A stretch of DNA of 64,000 nucleotides from the NCBI GenBank assembly GCA_963712745.1, contig CAVQJC010000017.1:192001-256000 (forward strand). The letters are read 5' to 3'. Positions 53,587 to 64,000 of the stretch are shown here, piece after piece. This stretch comes from an uncultured Chloroflexia bacterium (GTDB lineage Bacteria; Chloroflexota; Limnocylindria; Limnocylindrales; CSP1-4). Every line of letters starts with the position of its first letter. Within the stretch, counting starts at the first letter, position 1. The notes below the pieces were generated by a model. It was not told the DNA's origin, did not search any database, and worked only from the letters and a program-made list of their open reading frames with translations. Made by a program: the position numbers and the translations under genes.

Positions 53587-55067
53587 GATGGTCGGTACAT
53601 GGTCCGAGCCACAGCCTCTCGCCAGCCGCTGTAGAGGCGATCGCGTTGGGCGGCATCGATGCTGGGCTCGAAGCGGTCGATGGACCTTGGAAGCGCCTCG
53701 ATAGCGTCGGTCGAGGGCCACACTCCGACAGCCAGGCCGGCCAGGTAGGCAGCACCCATGGCCGACAGTTCGGGCGTGTTGTTGCGTTGCACAGGCACGC
53801 CCAGGATGTCTGCCTGGAACTGCATCAGCTGTGTGTTGCGGGTCACGCCACCGTCGGCCATGAGGACGCGCAGGGCGCCACCGGTCGCGGACTGCATCTC
53901 GTCGAAGACGTCCCGGACCTGGTATGCGATCGACTCGATGACTGCGCGCGCCGCCTGGGCCAGGCTGGAGCTGCGTGTCAACCCGGTCAGCATGCCGCGA
54001 GCGGCGTCATCCCAGTGCGGCGCCCCGAGACCGACGAACGCCGGGACCAGGTACACCCCCTCGGTGTCAGGGACGGTCTCGGCCAGCTCGGCGACCTTGG
54101 CCGGCCCGGCGAGTCCGATGAAGTCGGCCATCCACTGTACTGCCGCGCCAGTCACGTAGATGTTGCCCTCGAGGGCGTAGACCGTGGAGTCCAGGCCCCA
54201 GGCGATGGTCGAGGCCAGGCCGCTGTCGCTGCTGACGCGCTGGGCGGTCGGGGACATCAGTGAGCTGCCTGTCCCGTAGGTCGCTTTGACCGAGCCGGCC
54301 GCGAAGCCAGCATGGCCGAAGAGCGCCGCATGGGAATCGCCGATCAGGGAGCCGATGGGGATACCGGCCGACAGTGACCCCAGGGCGACGGTCTCACCGA
54401 ACACGCCGCTGGACGGAAGGATCTCGGGCAGAGCTGCCTCGGGCACGCCGAAGTGCTTCAGCAGGAAGGGGTCCCAGCGTCGATCGGAGATATTCAACAG
54501 CTGGGTGCGCGAGGCGTTGCTCACGTCTGTTCGATGGTGTGCGCCGCCGGTCAGGCACCACAGCAGCCAGCTGTCCACGGTGCCGACGCGAATCTCGCCA
54601 CGGACGGCTCGCTCATGGCCGTCGGGCGTGTTGTCGAGCAGCCACCTGATCTTGGAGCCCGTGAACATGGGGTCGATGGGCAGGCCGGTCCGCTCCCGAA
54701 CCTCATCCTCCAGGCCCGCGGAGCGCAGTCGCTCGCAGAAGTCCGCGGACCGGCGGCACTGCCAGGTGACGACGGGCCCGACTGGGGTGCCGGTCGCGGC
54801 GTCCCAGGCCAACCCCGATTCGCGCTGGTTGGACACGCCCACCGCAGCCAGTGGCGGCGACCCGGCGGTCCGGAGGCACTCGTCGACAGCCTCAAGGACG
54901 CTTTGCCAGAGGGATCCCGCGTCCTGCTGCACCCACGCCGGCCGTGGGAATTCGATGTCGACTGGCCTTGATGCGATGCCCCGAACGACGCCCTCGCGGT
55001 CGACGAGGATGGCCTTGGTGTTCGATGTGCCCTGGTCGATGGCCAGGATCATCGGTTCAGTCGACAT
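53583..55067 (-). CDS. FGGY carbohydrate kinase (glycerol kinase-like; apulose kinase candidate)
   Basis: AIDQGTSNTK, SNQRES, WQCRR, TDVSNASRTQL, GDSHAALFG, KATYGTG, ADGG. Confidence 0.88.
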   Translation of the reverse strand: MSTEPMILAIDQGTSNTKAILVDREGVVRGIASRPVDIEFPRPAWVQQDAGSLWQSVLEAVDECLRTAGSPPLAAVGVSNQRESGLAWDAATGTPVGPVVTWQCRRSADFCERLRSAGLEDEVRERTGLPIDPMFTGSKIRWLLDNTPDGHERAVRGEIRVGTVDSWLLWCLTGGAHHRTDVSNASRTQLLNISDRRWDPFLLKHFGVPEAALPEILPSSGVFGETVALGSLSAGIPIGSLIGDSHAALFGHAGFAAGSVKATYGTGSSLMSPTAQRVSSDSGLASTIAWGLDSTVYALEGNIYVTGAAVQWMADFIGLAGPAKVAELAETVPDTEGVYLVPAFVGLGAPHWDDAARGMLTGLTRSSSLAQAARAVIESIAYQVRDVFDEMQSATGGALRVLMADGGVTRNTQLMQFQADILGVPVQRNNTPELSAMGAAYLAGLAVGVWPSTDAIEALPRSIDRFEPSIDAAQRDRLYSGWREAVARTMYRPS

Positions 55068-55194
55068 GATGCTTCCTCCGGTCCAGCTCTCCGGGCGTCT
55101 CACGACAGAGACCCGCGGCTTCGACGGATCCGATGATGGCACTGCGCCGCGGTCCACGCGCGCTGGCTACGGCCCGTGCATCGACATGAGAGCC

Positions 55195-55356
55195 TGCAAG
55201 GATATGCATCAAACGGGACAGTACTCCTGTCTACGAGGGCTCGTCAACCGCGCTGACGGTCTGGCCAGGTCCGCGTAGCCGCCCTTGACATCGCCGCGGC
55301 GGAGGGGGTATCGTCCCTGCGGATTGCATACTCTCACGTGTCTGCATGAATATTCC
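55195..55356. promoter_or_regulatory. Divergent promoters with candidate SorC operators
   Basis: Minus strand TTGACG-18-TACTGT (55218-55247); plus strand TTGACA-18-TATCGT (55285-55314); TGCA-N6-TGCA (55195-55208) and TGCA-N6-TTCC (55343-55356). Confidence 0.55.
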
Positions 55357-55454
55357 GGTCCGTCAATGCTAGAGGAGGGGTGTCTGGGGAAGGCCACAAG
55401 CTCTGTCAAGGACACGCCCGTCGAACACGCGGGCGACATGTGGAGGGATATTCA

Positions 55455-56490
55455 GTGATCATCAAGCGTTCATCAGCGGCTGCACTCGCAGTCGTGCTCG
55501 GTGGGACCCTGGCGACGAGCTCGTTAGCCGTCGCTCAGGACGCGCCGAGTGACCCATCCGAGATCGATGTCGCGTGGATCGGGAAGACCCTGAACAACCC
55601 GTGGTGGATCTCGGTCGCCGACTTCGCCGCGCGCGAAGCCGAGCAGCTGGGCATCAACATGACCATCTCGCTTGCCGGAGGAAGAGGTCGACCTCGGCAA
55701 GCAGATCGCCATCATCGAGGCCGCCGTCGAGCAGGGCGTCGACGCCATCATCATCTCGGCCTCGAGCTCTGAGGGCATCATCCCGGCCATCGAGCAGGCC
55801 CGCGAAGCCGGCATCAAGATCGTCAGCTTCGACACCCGCATCGACGACCCGTCACTGGTCGATGTATACGTCGGTGCGGATGACTTCGCCGGCGCCAAGA
55901 AGGCAGGTGCCTACATCTGTGCCGCACTCGGCCCGGAGGGTGGTCAGGTCGGTCTGCTTGAAGGCCTGCTCGCCCAGTCGACCGGTGTCGACCGCAAGGG
56001 GGGCTTCGAGGCCGGCATCGCCGAGTGCGAGAACCCCGTCGAGATCGTGGCTACACAAGGCGCTGAGTGGCGTTCCGACCTCGCGCTCAACGCGACCCAG
56101 AACATGCTCACCGCCAATCCGGACATCAAGGCCATCTTCGCCTCCAACGACCAGATGGCCGTGGGCATGATCAACGGTGCGATCGCGGCGGGCTATGGGC
56201 CCGACGACCTCATCCTGGTCGGCTACGACGGCATCCTCGACGCGGTCAACGCGGTGCTCGACGGCGACCTCGATGCGTTCGTGGCACTTCCCAACCGCGA
56301 GGAAGGTGAGATGGGTCCTCGCCTGGCGACTACGCTGGTGCTGAACCCGGACATCACCTTCGATCGCGAGATCATCTATCCCGGTCCGCTCGTCACGGCT
56401 GAGCTCGTCGAGGGCCAGACAGACCAGGTGATCGAGGAGTTCGCGGCCTACCGGTTCCCGCTCCGCGGTGTGACCGACAAGGGCTACTAG
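55455..56490 (+). CDS. RbsB-type sugar ABC substrate-binding protein (frameshift near 55670)
   Basis: Signal peptide, KTLNNPWW, then GVDAII, ASNDQMAVG, VGYDG in the next frame. Confidence 0.85.
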
Positions 56491-56610
56491 TACTCGACGG
56501 GGGCCGGTACGCTGGCCTCCGACACACTCCTCCTCACTGGGCCCACGGGCGAGAGGGCGTGCCAGACTCGCCCCTCGCTCGTGGACCAGTACCAAGCACG
56601 GAGTCGGTGG

Positions 56611-58135
56611 ATGGCGGCAGTGGCGACGGCGACGGCGCTGCTCGAGATCGAGCATGTCACCAAGGATTACCCCGGCGTGCGAGCGCTCGATGATGTTTCG
56701 CTCTCGGTCGAGCGTGGTGAGGTCATGGCGCTGCTGGGCGAGAACGGAGCCGGCAAGTCCACCCTCATGAAGATCCTCGGCGGGGCGGAGCACCGTGACT
56801 CGGGGGTCATCCGGATCGACGGCAAGGAGGCACCCCAGCAATACGATCCGCTCGAAGCGCGGCATCTCGGGATCGCCGAGATCTACCAGGAGCTCAGCCT
56901 CCTGCCCAGCCTCACGGTCGCCGAGAACATCTATCTGACCAAGGAGCCGCTGCGCGCCAAGCGCGCCAGGGTCATCGACTTCCCGAAGATGCGCGAGCAA
57001 TCGCGCAAGCAGCTGGCTGTCCTGCGCGCTGAGCACATCGACGTCAATGCCAGGGTCGAGACGTTGTCGATGCCCGAGCAGCAGATGGTCGAGATCGCCA
57101 AGGCCCTCGCCTCCGACTGCCGGGTGCTCGTGATGGACGAGCCGACCACCGCGCTGACCTGGTCCGAGACCGAGCAGCTCTTCTCGGTCATCGACGCCCT
57201 CAGGGGCAAGAACGTCACGATCATCTACATCTCGCACCGGCTTGACGAGGTCTTCCGCGTCGCCGATAGAGCCACGGTCCTGAGGGACGGCGCGGTCGTG
57301 GGAACGGTGCGCACGGCAGACATCGAGATGGGCGACATCATCACGATGATGACTGGCCGGACCATGGAGGACGTGGCCGCACGGCCTGACGATATCCTGA
57401 CCGCACCTGATCGAGAACTGCTCGTCGTCGAGGATATGCGCGACGATAAGCGCGTTCACGGCGTCTCGTTCACGCTCCACGAGAATGAGGTGCTTGGGAT
57501 CGCCGGCCTGGTGGGTGCCGGACGTACCGAGCTGGCTCGCATGATCTTCGGAGCTGACGCGCGTACTGGAGGCACCATCCGCGTCTCAGGGGAGGCGATC
57601 AACTCCGGTTCACCCGGCCAGGCCATGAGCCACGGTATCGGCTACCTCAGCGAGAACCGCAAGGAGGAAGGCCTGAACCTGGGTCTGCCCATCGATCTGA
57701 ACATCGTGCTCACCGACCTCGGCAAGGTCAGCCAGCGTGGCGTGATCTCACGGCGGGGCATGCGCGTAGCGGCCGAGGAGCTCATCGATCTGCTGCGCAT
57801 CAAGGGCCGCGCACCTGACGAGGCCTCGAGCCTCAGCGGTGGCAATCAGCAGAAAGTCGTGATTGCGAAGTGGTTACATGCGGGCTGTCGCGTGCTCATC
57901 TTCGATGAGCCGACTCGCGGCATCGACGTCGCCGCCAAGGCCGAGGTCCACAAGCATCATCCGGGACTTCGCCCGGGATGGCAGGGGCGCGGTCGTCATC
58001 TCTTCGGAGGTCGAGGACCTACTGGCTGTCTGCGACCGCGTACTGATCATGTCCAAGGGCCGCATCACGGGAAGGCTTGCGCCCGAGGAGGTCACCAAGG
58101 ACGCCATCGTGCGTCAAGTCACCAACGTCGAGTGA
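56611..58135 (+). CDS. Sugar ABC ATP-binding protein, two NBDs (frameshift near 57955)
   Basis: [32 protein letters not shown]; tail VISSE...CDRVLIM in an alternative frame. Confidence 0.9.
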
Positions 58136-58142
58136 GGACTTC

Positions 58143-59160
58143 ATGACGACCGAAGACGGAAGTGGGTCTGCCAGCGTAGGAGCAGAGTCTGCAGGCCGAA
58201 GCGCGAACGCGAGAGTGGTCGACACAGGAGCTCCTAGGGCGTTTTGGCGTGCTGCTCATGCTCATCGCCTTGGTCGTCGTCTTCAGCGCCCTCTCGCCGC
58301 ACTTCCTGTCACAGGGCAACATCACCAACGTCCTCATCCAGTCGAGCACCAACGCGATCATCGCGGCCGGCATGACGTTCGTCATCCTGTCGGCGAACAT
58401 CGACCTCTCGGTCGGCTCGGTCCTGGCGCTGTCGTCCGTGCTCGGAACGTCATTCATCGCCGACGGAGGGTCGATCTTCATCGGCGTCGGCATCATGCTG
58501 CTCGGCGGCATGATCGCGGGCGGGATCAACGGCTTCACCGTCAGCTACCTCGGGTTCCCGGCGTTCATCGTCACGCTGGCAACGATGTGGCTGTTCCGCG
58601 GTATGGCCTACGTCTTCACCAACGGGCAGGCCGTCACCGGCCTGCCGAAGGATTTCCGCATCCTCGCCACCGGCGAAGTCGCCGGCATCCCCTACATCGT
58701 GCTGGTGATGATCGCCGTCTATGCCGTCTGCCACTTCCTGCTCTCGCAAACGACCTTCGGGCGCCAGGTCTACGCCGTCGGCGACAACAAGGAAGCCGCA
58801 CGACTCTCGGGCGTGAACGTCAAGCGCGTCGTCGCCGCCGTATTCGTGATCTGTGGCCTGTTGGCGGCCCTCGGCGGCGTGGTCCTCTCGTCCCGGCTCT
58901 TCTCCGGCCAGCCGATCGCCGGCATCACCTTCGAGCTCTCGGCCATCGCCGCGGTCGTCATCGGCGGCACCAGCTTGTCCGGTGGCAAGGGCGGCATCCT
59001 CGGGACGCTTGTCGGAGCCATCTTCATCGCCACGCTGATCAACGGGCTGGTCATCCTGAATGTGTCCTCGTTCTGGCAGCAGGTGATCATGGGACTGGTC
59101 GTGCTCGCCGCGGTCGGCATCGACCAGTATCGCAAGCGCCTGGCCTCAGGTCGGGTGTAG
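58143..59160 (+). CDS. Sugar ABC permease (apparent frameshift near the N terminus)
   Basis: IDLSVGS, PAFIVTL, FGRQVYAVGDN, FELSAIAAVVIGGTS; main frame 58249-59160. Confidence 0.85.
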
Positions 59161-59174
59161 GGCGTTCAGGATCG

Positions 59175-59981
59175 ATGTCGGAAGAGGGCATGGGTGCCCG
59201 GCTCGATTTCGTCGCCGAGCTCATCGCCGAAGCCGGCGCGCATGCGCTCGAGTTCTTTCAGCACCGAGAGTCGCTCCATGTGAGCGCCAAGGGGCGCCAG
59301 GACATGGCCAGCGAGGCGGATGTCAGCATCGAGAAGCTGATTCGCAAGCGTCTGGCACTTCGGTTCCCGAGCGATGCCTTCCTCGGTGAGGAGACGGGTC
59401 GCACTGAGGTGGAGGGCACCGACGGCATCTGGGTGGTCGATCCGATCGATGGCACCCAGCCGTTCGTGAGCGGGCTGACGTCCTGGTGCGTGTCGATCGC
59501 CTATGTCAGCGCCGGGGCGGTGCAGCTGGGCGTCGTGAATGCACCGGCTCGGGATGAGCTATTCATCGGTAGGCGCGGCGACCGCGCCACGCTGAATGGT
59601 GACCGCATCACGGTCAGCGACGCTACCAGACTCGACGAGGGCATCCTTGGCATCGGCTACTCGCCTCGGATCGGCGCCGACGACGTCATCCCGGTCCTCG
59701 ACCATGTGCTCCGGCAGGGTGCGATGTTCTACCGGGATGGCTCGGGCACACTGGATCTCTGCTACGTCGCTTGCGGGCGACTGCTGGCCTACGTCGAGCC
59801 GCATATCCAGGCATGGGATTCGCTAGGAGCCGTGGCCGTCGTGGAGGCTGCCGGGGGAGTCGTCAACGACCTGCTGGCGGACGACTCGCTGTGGGTGGGG
59901 GCGCCGATCGTGGCCAGCGTTCCGGCACTCTATCCGGCGCTGGCCAGGCTCATGAACGTCACAGCGGAGGGTGCTGGCTAG
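59175..59981 (+). CDS. Inositol monophosphatase family phosphatase
   Basis: FLGEE, WVVDPIDGT, GSGTLDLCYVACGR, WD...VEAAGG. Confidence 0.9.
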   Translation: MSEEGMGARLDFVAELIAEAGAHALEFFQHRESLHVSAKGRQDMASEADVSIEKLIRKRLALRFPSDAFLGEETGRTEVEGTDGIWVVDPIDGTQPFVSGLTSWCVSIAYVSAGAVQLGVVNAPARDELFIGRRGDRATLNGDRITVSDATRLDEGILGIGYSPRIGADDVIPVLDHVLRQGAMFYRDGSGTLDLCYVACGRLLAYVEPHIQAWDSLGAVAVVEAAGGVVNDLLADDSLWVGAPIVASVPALYPALARLMNVTAEGAG

Positions 59982-60053
59982 CCTCGCATCTGCTCCACGC
60001 AGCCAACGGCTCGGTCATAGTCTTGAGTCCACACCGGCAAGAGGAGCAAACCC

Positions 60054-60893
60054 ATGACGACCAAGTACGTGGCCGTCTTCGGCGATCCCGTCGAAGGCAA
60101 CCCGACCTCCATCATGCAGAACGCGGCTTTCGAGCATGCCGGGCTCGACTGGCGCTACCTCGACATCCGCGTCAGGGCGGAGGACCTGTCGGCTGCCATC
60201 GCGGCCGCTCGGCTCTTTGGTTTCGGCGGGCTCAATTGCACCATCCCGCACAAGGTCGCGGTCATCCCGCTGCTGGACGGCCTGGAGCCTTCGGCGGAGA
60301 TCAGCGGTGCCTGCAACACCATCGTGCGTCAGTCGGACGGCCGACTCATCGGCTCCAACACCGACGGCTCCGGCTTCGTCTGGTCCATCCGCGATGAGGG
60401 CATCGACCCTGCCGGGCTCGATGTCGTGCTGCTCGGTGCCGGTGGTGCCGCGCGGGCCGTCGTCGGTAGAGCTGGCGCTGGCCGGGGCCAGGCGCGTGAC
60501 CATCGCCAACCGCACGGCTGCCAAGCGCGACGAGCTGGTCGGCGATCCTCGACCGGCGGACAGACTGTCGAGGCCGTCTCACTGCCCTGGGAGGGCACGC
60601 TGGCGGTACCGGCCTGTGACGTGCTCGTCGACTGCACGCCCGTGGGCATGGGCACGGATCTGGCTGCGGAACAGCGTGTCGACGTCGATCTCTCCGCCCT
60701 CTCGACCGACACCATCGTGTGCGATCTCAATCCGGAGACGTCCGAGTCAGCCTTCCTGCGCTTCGCCGCTGAACGCGGCCACCGCACGCTCGATGGCCTG
60801 GGCATGTTGGCCCGGCAGGGAGCGGCAGGCTTCAAGGCCTGGACCGGCCAGGACGCCCCCCTGGATGTCATGATCGCCGCGCTAGGCGGCTAG
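60054..60893 (+). CDS. Shikimate dehydrogenase (AroE) family oxidoreductase, atypical substrate loop (compensating frameshifts about 60460-60550)
   Basis: NCTIPHK, NTI, NTDGSGF, LGAGGAARA, alternative-frame VELALAGARRVTIANRT, DGLGML..Q. Confidence 0.82.
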   Translation: MTTKYVAVFGDPVEGNPTSIMQNAAFEHAGLDWRYLDIRVRAEDLSAAIAAARLFGFGGLNCTIPHKVAVIPLLDGLEPSAEISGACNTIVRQSDGRLIGSNTDGSGFVWSIRDEGIDPAGLDVVLLGAGGAARAVVGRAGAGRGQARDHRQPHGCQARRAGRRSSTGGQTVEAVSLPWEGTLAVPACDVLVDCTPVGMGTDLAAEQRVDVDLSALSTDTIVCDLNPETSESAFLRFAAERGHRTLDGLGMLARQGAAGFKAWTGQDAPLDVMIAALGG

Positions 60894-60985
60894 TCAGGGA
60901 ACGACGACGTCCGCCCGACCCGGCTGGGTCTGCAACGGACGTCGATCTGCGCTTCGCGGCTTGGCCCGCCGCGTGGGGGACGTGC

Positions 60986-61540
60986 CTAGGAGCCCTTGGA
61001 TTCCGAGTCCTGGTCGGCCGCGGGTGCAGCAGCAGGAGCCGGGGCGTTGGCGGGTGCGCCCATGCCGGGGGGTGGCTTGGCCGCCGCCGCCGCGTTCGCG
61101 GCGTTCAGTGCTTCCATCGCGGCGATCTGCTCAGGCGTGAGCCTGGACTTCTCGTTCTCGATGAAGGCCTGCTGGACTCCCGGGTAGCTGAGATACAGGA
61201 AGATGAAGCCCGCGAGGATCCACGGGATCGTCTCGGCCTCGACGCTGGAGCCGAACAGGAGCGCGAAGAAGCCCCAGATCAGCGTGAAGAGGCTGATGAA
61301 GATGCCGAACTGCACCGCGTAGGCACGCAGGTTCCAGAAACCCAGCGCGACCCAGAACCAGATGGCGGCGATCAGCAGCACCCACAGGGCGGCACCCCAC
61401 TGCGCCTCATCGAACGATACGCTCCGGCTGCCGATCGGGAAGTCGACGATGCCCATGTACACGAGCATCTTGTAGAGGTTGTAGAGGCCGGCCAAGCCAG
61501 CGCCTGCCGCAAGAAGGATCACTCCGATAGGTCTATGCAT
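60986..61540 (-). CDS. Hypothetical membrane protein (about 4 TM helices, Ala/Pro-rich tail)
   Basis: MHRPIGVILLA...; hydrophobic helices; GGAG Shine-Dalgarno. Confidence 0.7.
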   Translation of the reverse strand: MHRPIGVILLAAGAGLAGLYNLYKMLVYMGIVDFPIGSRSVSFDEAQWGAALWVLLIAAIWFWVALGFWNLRAYAVQFGIFISLFTLIWGFFALLFGSSVEAETIPWILAGFIFLYLSYPGVQQAFIENEKSRLTPEQIAAMEALNAANAAAAAKPPPGMGAPANAPAPAAAPAADQDSESKGS

Positions 61541-61879
61541 TGGTCTCCACTCGCTTCTGGTTTGGTCGCCTGGCTCCACTCTGGGCCCGGTGTGCGTATG
61601 GACGTCCACGCGTGCGGGGACGTCAAGGTGAGCCTAGCAGCCTGACCGCCATATGAGGAGGTGTTCTGGGCCATCGCGACGCGGCTCTCCCTGGGCACGA
61701 TAGTACTGGTTCCGCGTTGGTACGAACGTCCCGTCTCGGGGTCGCTCCGGGGCGCCTGTGTGTCGTCCAGGCGTACAAGTGTGGCGTTCGGTCACCACAA
61801 GCTCGGCCTCCCCGGCTCGAGCGGCCCGGAATGCCACGCGCAGACACCTAAACTGGCGTTCCTACTTCCAGGAGGAACC

Positions 61880-62756
61880 ATGTTCAGTCAGTCCGCGGAT
61901 CAGCCTGCAGCCGACCAGTCCCCAGCGCCGGCCGGCATGCGCGAGCTGCCCCCGCAGCCGGCCAAGCCCGTGATGCCGACCTACGGGACCGCCCCCCCGA
62001 CCACCCCCGAGCCCATCGTTGACGGGGGCCGACCCAACTCCGACGACTCGGTCATCGCCAGGGACGACCATCTCGAGGGCACGTTCACCTCTCGCGGCAC
62101 CGTGGTCGTGATGGGCTCGGTCAAAGGGCGTATCGAGGCTGTCCAGGTCCGCATCGAGGACGGAGCCTCAGTCGATGCCGACGTCATCGTCGACGAGGCC
62201 ATCATCGCCGGTGAGTTCACCGGCAACCTCACCTGTCGCGAACGCCTCGAGGCACGCGCCAGCGGTCGCATCAACGGCCGTGTCGAGACGTTCAAGCTGA
62301 TGCTGCACGAGGGCGCTTCGGTCGAGGGCGAGATGCACATGCTCAGCGAGGCCCCCAAGGACGCCACCTCGACCATCCGCGGCAGTGCCCCGTTGCGTGG
62401 TGACGGCGGCGACTCGAAGACCGAGGAGAAGCCGGCCGTAGCTGCGGCCTCGGCTACCTCCACGGCTCCGGCCGCACCCGCGACCCCGTCGGCACCCACC
62501 ATCACGCCCTCATCGAGCACCAAGCCGGTGACCCCCGCGGTAGGCGCGACCACGAGCCCGCCCTCGAGTGTCGTCGCCCACGGTCGAAGCCACGGCCGTG
62601 CGCTCCTCGGTCGTCGAGACGCTGCGTGCCGAGAGTGCGCGCGTAGCTCCACGTGTGACCACGGCCCCGCGCGGCTACGGCTACAGCGGCAGCACGGTCA
62701 GCAGCACCAGCAACGGCTCGCGCGACCGCAGCACCTCGGGCACGAGCGGCTTCTAG
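61880..62756 (+). CDS. Bactofilin (polymer-forming cytoskeletal protein) with low-complexity tails (frameshift near 62570)
   Basis: SVI...LEG...V.GSVKGRI...IIAGEFTGNL...INGRV...EGASVEG; AGGAGG Shine-Dalgarno; C-terminal frame 62568-62756. Confidence 0.82.
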
Positions 62757-62826
62757 CGTCTCCGTTGGCTGTGGCAGCGGCTCGCCCTCAGCCCGCTGCG
62801 CCTGACTCCGGGCGTAGACTCGCCAC

Positions 62827-63967
62827 ATGACCGACGCATACGGCACGGCGCGCGCGGCCCTCGAGGCGGCCCAGCCCGGCGCTCGTCGAGCTGTCGCACC
62901 GCATCCACGACAACCCCGAGATCGGCTTCGAGGAGTTCCAGGCAGCGGCCTGGCTGGCCGATGCCCTCGAGGCCGCCGGCTTCGAGACGCAGCGGGGCTA
63001 CGGCGAGATGCCGACCGCGGTGGTCGCGTCGGTCGGCTCTGGTCCGCTGCACGTCGCCATCTGCTCCGAGTACGACGCGCTGCCGGGCGTCGGCCATGCC
63101 TGCGGCCACAATGTCATCTGCACGGCCGGGCTCGGCGCTGCGCTGGCCCTGGCGCCGCTTGCCGATGAGCTGGGGCTCAAGGTCACCCTGCTGGGTACGC
63201 CGGCCGAGGAGGGCGGCGGCGGCAAGATCGGCTTCATCGAGGGGGGCTTCTTCGGCGACGTCCACGCCTCGATGATGGTCCATCCCTACCCCGTCGACGT
63301 GGCCGAGCCGAATATCATCGCGGTGCAGCAGCTGGTCATCACCTACACCGGCGTGGAGGCGCATGCCTCTGGCTTCCCCTGGGGCGGCATCAATGCTGCC
63401 GACGCCATGGTCGTGGCCCAGACCGCCATCGGCCTGCTGCGCCAGCAGATGATGCCGAGCGACCGCGTGCACGGCATCGTGACCAGGGGCGGTGAAGCGG
63501 CCAACATCATCCCGCGTGAGACCACGGCCGATTTCATGGTTCGTGCCGGTACCGCCGGACGGCTCGATGAGCTTCTGGTCAAGGTGCGCAACTGCTTCGA
63601 GGCCGGCGCCCTGGCGACCGGCTGCACCCTCGACATCGAGGTCGACACGGCCTACACCGACATGCGGCACGATGCGGAGCTCGCGGCCATCTACCAGAAG
63701 CATGCCGAATCGTTCGGCCGTGTCTTCGTCGAGCCGCCCGCTCCGGTCTCCACGGACATGGGTAACGTCAGCTACGAGGTGCCGTCGATCCATCCCTTCA
63801 TCGGCGTGGAGGCCAACGGCGCAGTGCCCCATCAGGAGGCGTTCGCCGACGCCTGCGCCACGGCCTCGGCCGACCAGGCCATCTTCGATGGCGCCCTGGG
63901 CATGGCCCTGACGGTCATCGACATGGCCACCACCGACGCGGTTCGCAGCCGCCTGCTCTCGAAGTAG
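62827..63967 (+). CDS. M20 family amidohydrolase (PM20D2/AbgB-like; frameshift near 62880)
   Basis: EYDALP, HACGHN, GTPAEEGGGGK, MVHP, STDMGNVS; N-terminal LSHRIHDNPEIGFEE upstream of the called start. Confidence 0.9.
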
Positions 63968-64000
63968 GGCGCGCCCGGATCTGGGCCGTCGGCTACTCGG

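Noticed and set aside
53583-55067. Calling the FGGY kinase glpK
   Set aside because: Motifs differ from GlpK (WQCRR, GDSHAA rather than GDQQAA) and no glpD or glpF is nearby
35060-60986. Integrative element at the tRNA with att duplication
   Set aside because: No integrase, and I saw no second copy of the tRNA 3' end in the window; island status is unsupported beyond context

Overview
High-GC bacterial chromosome segment, gene-dense, with no integrase, transposase, phage gene, CRISPR array or rRNA that I can see. Gene content and style suggest Chloroflexota or a similar high-GC lineage (inference only). The left half (1-35,000) is housekeeping and accessory metabolism: a xylose-type ABC transporter, a divergent pair of secreted proteins (CRTAC1/ASPIC-UnbV protein and vanadium-dependent haloperoxidase), a VapBC module with a clear promoter/operator, arylsulfatase, an apparently inactive histidine kinase, GH36+GH5 hydrolases, thiolase, an A-type Fe-S carrier, PFOR (nifJ) with a DHOD-like partner, Lrp/LysE, an ATP-dependent DNA ligase and a class-V PLP-fold protein lacking its Schiff-base lysine. 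At 35,018-35,093 is a tRNA with anticodon TAT (tRNA-Ile(UAU)), rare in bacteria. It is followed by a ~26 kb carbohydrate region: a split transketolase/SorC/DUF2291/ABC operon resembling D-apiose catabolism, a DUF5060-DUF4038 (apiosidase-like) protein, an ABC importer with a GH78 rhamnosidase and AraC regulator, and an FGGY kinase/SorC/SDR operon divergent from an ABC/IMPase/atypical AroE-family operon. Many single-base frameshifts occur at 35.2-42.5 kb and several at 55-63 kb, most likely long-read consensus errors. All family calls are from motif recognition, not database searches.
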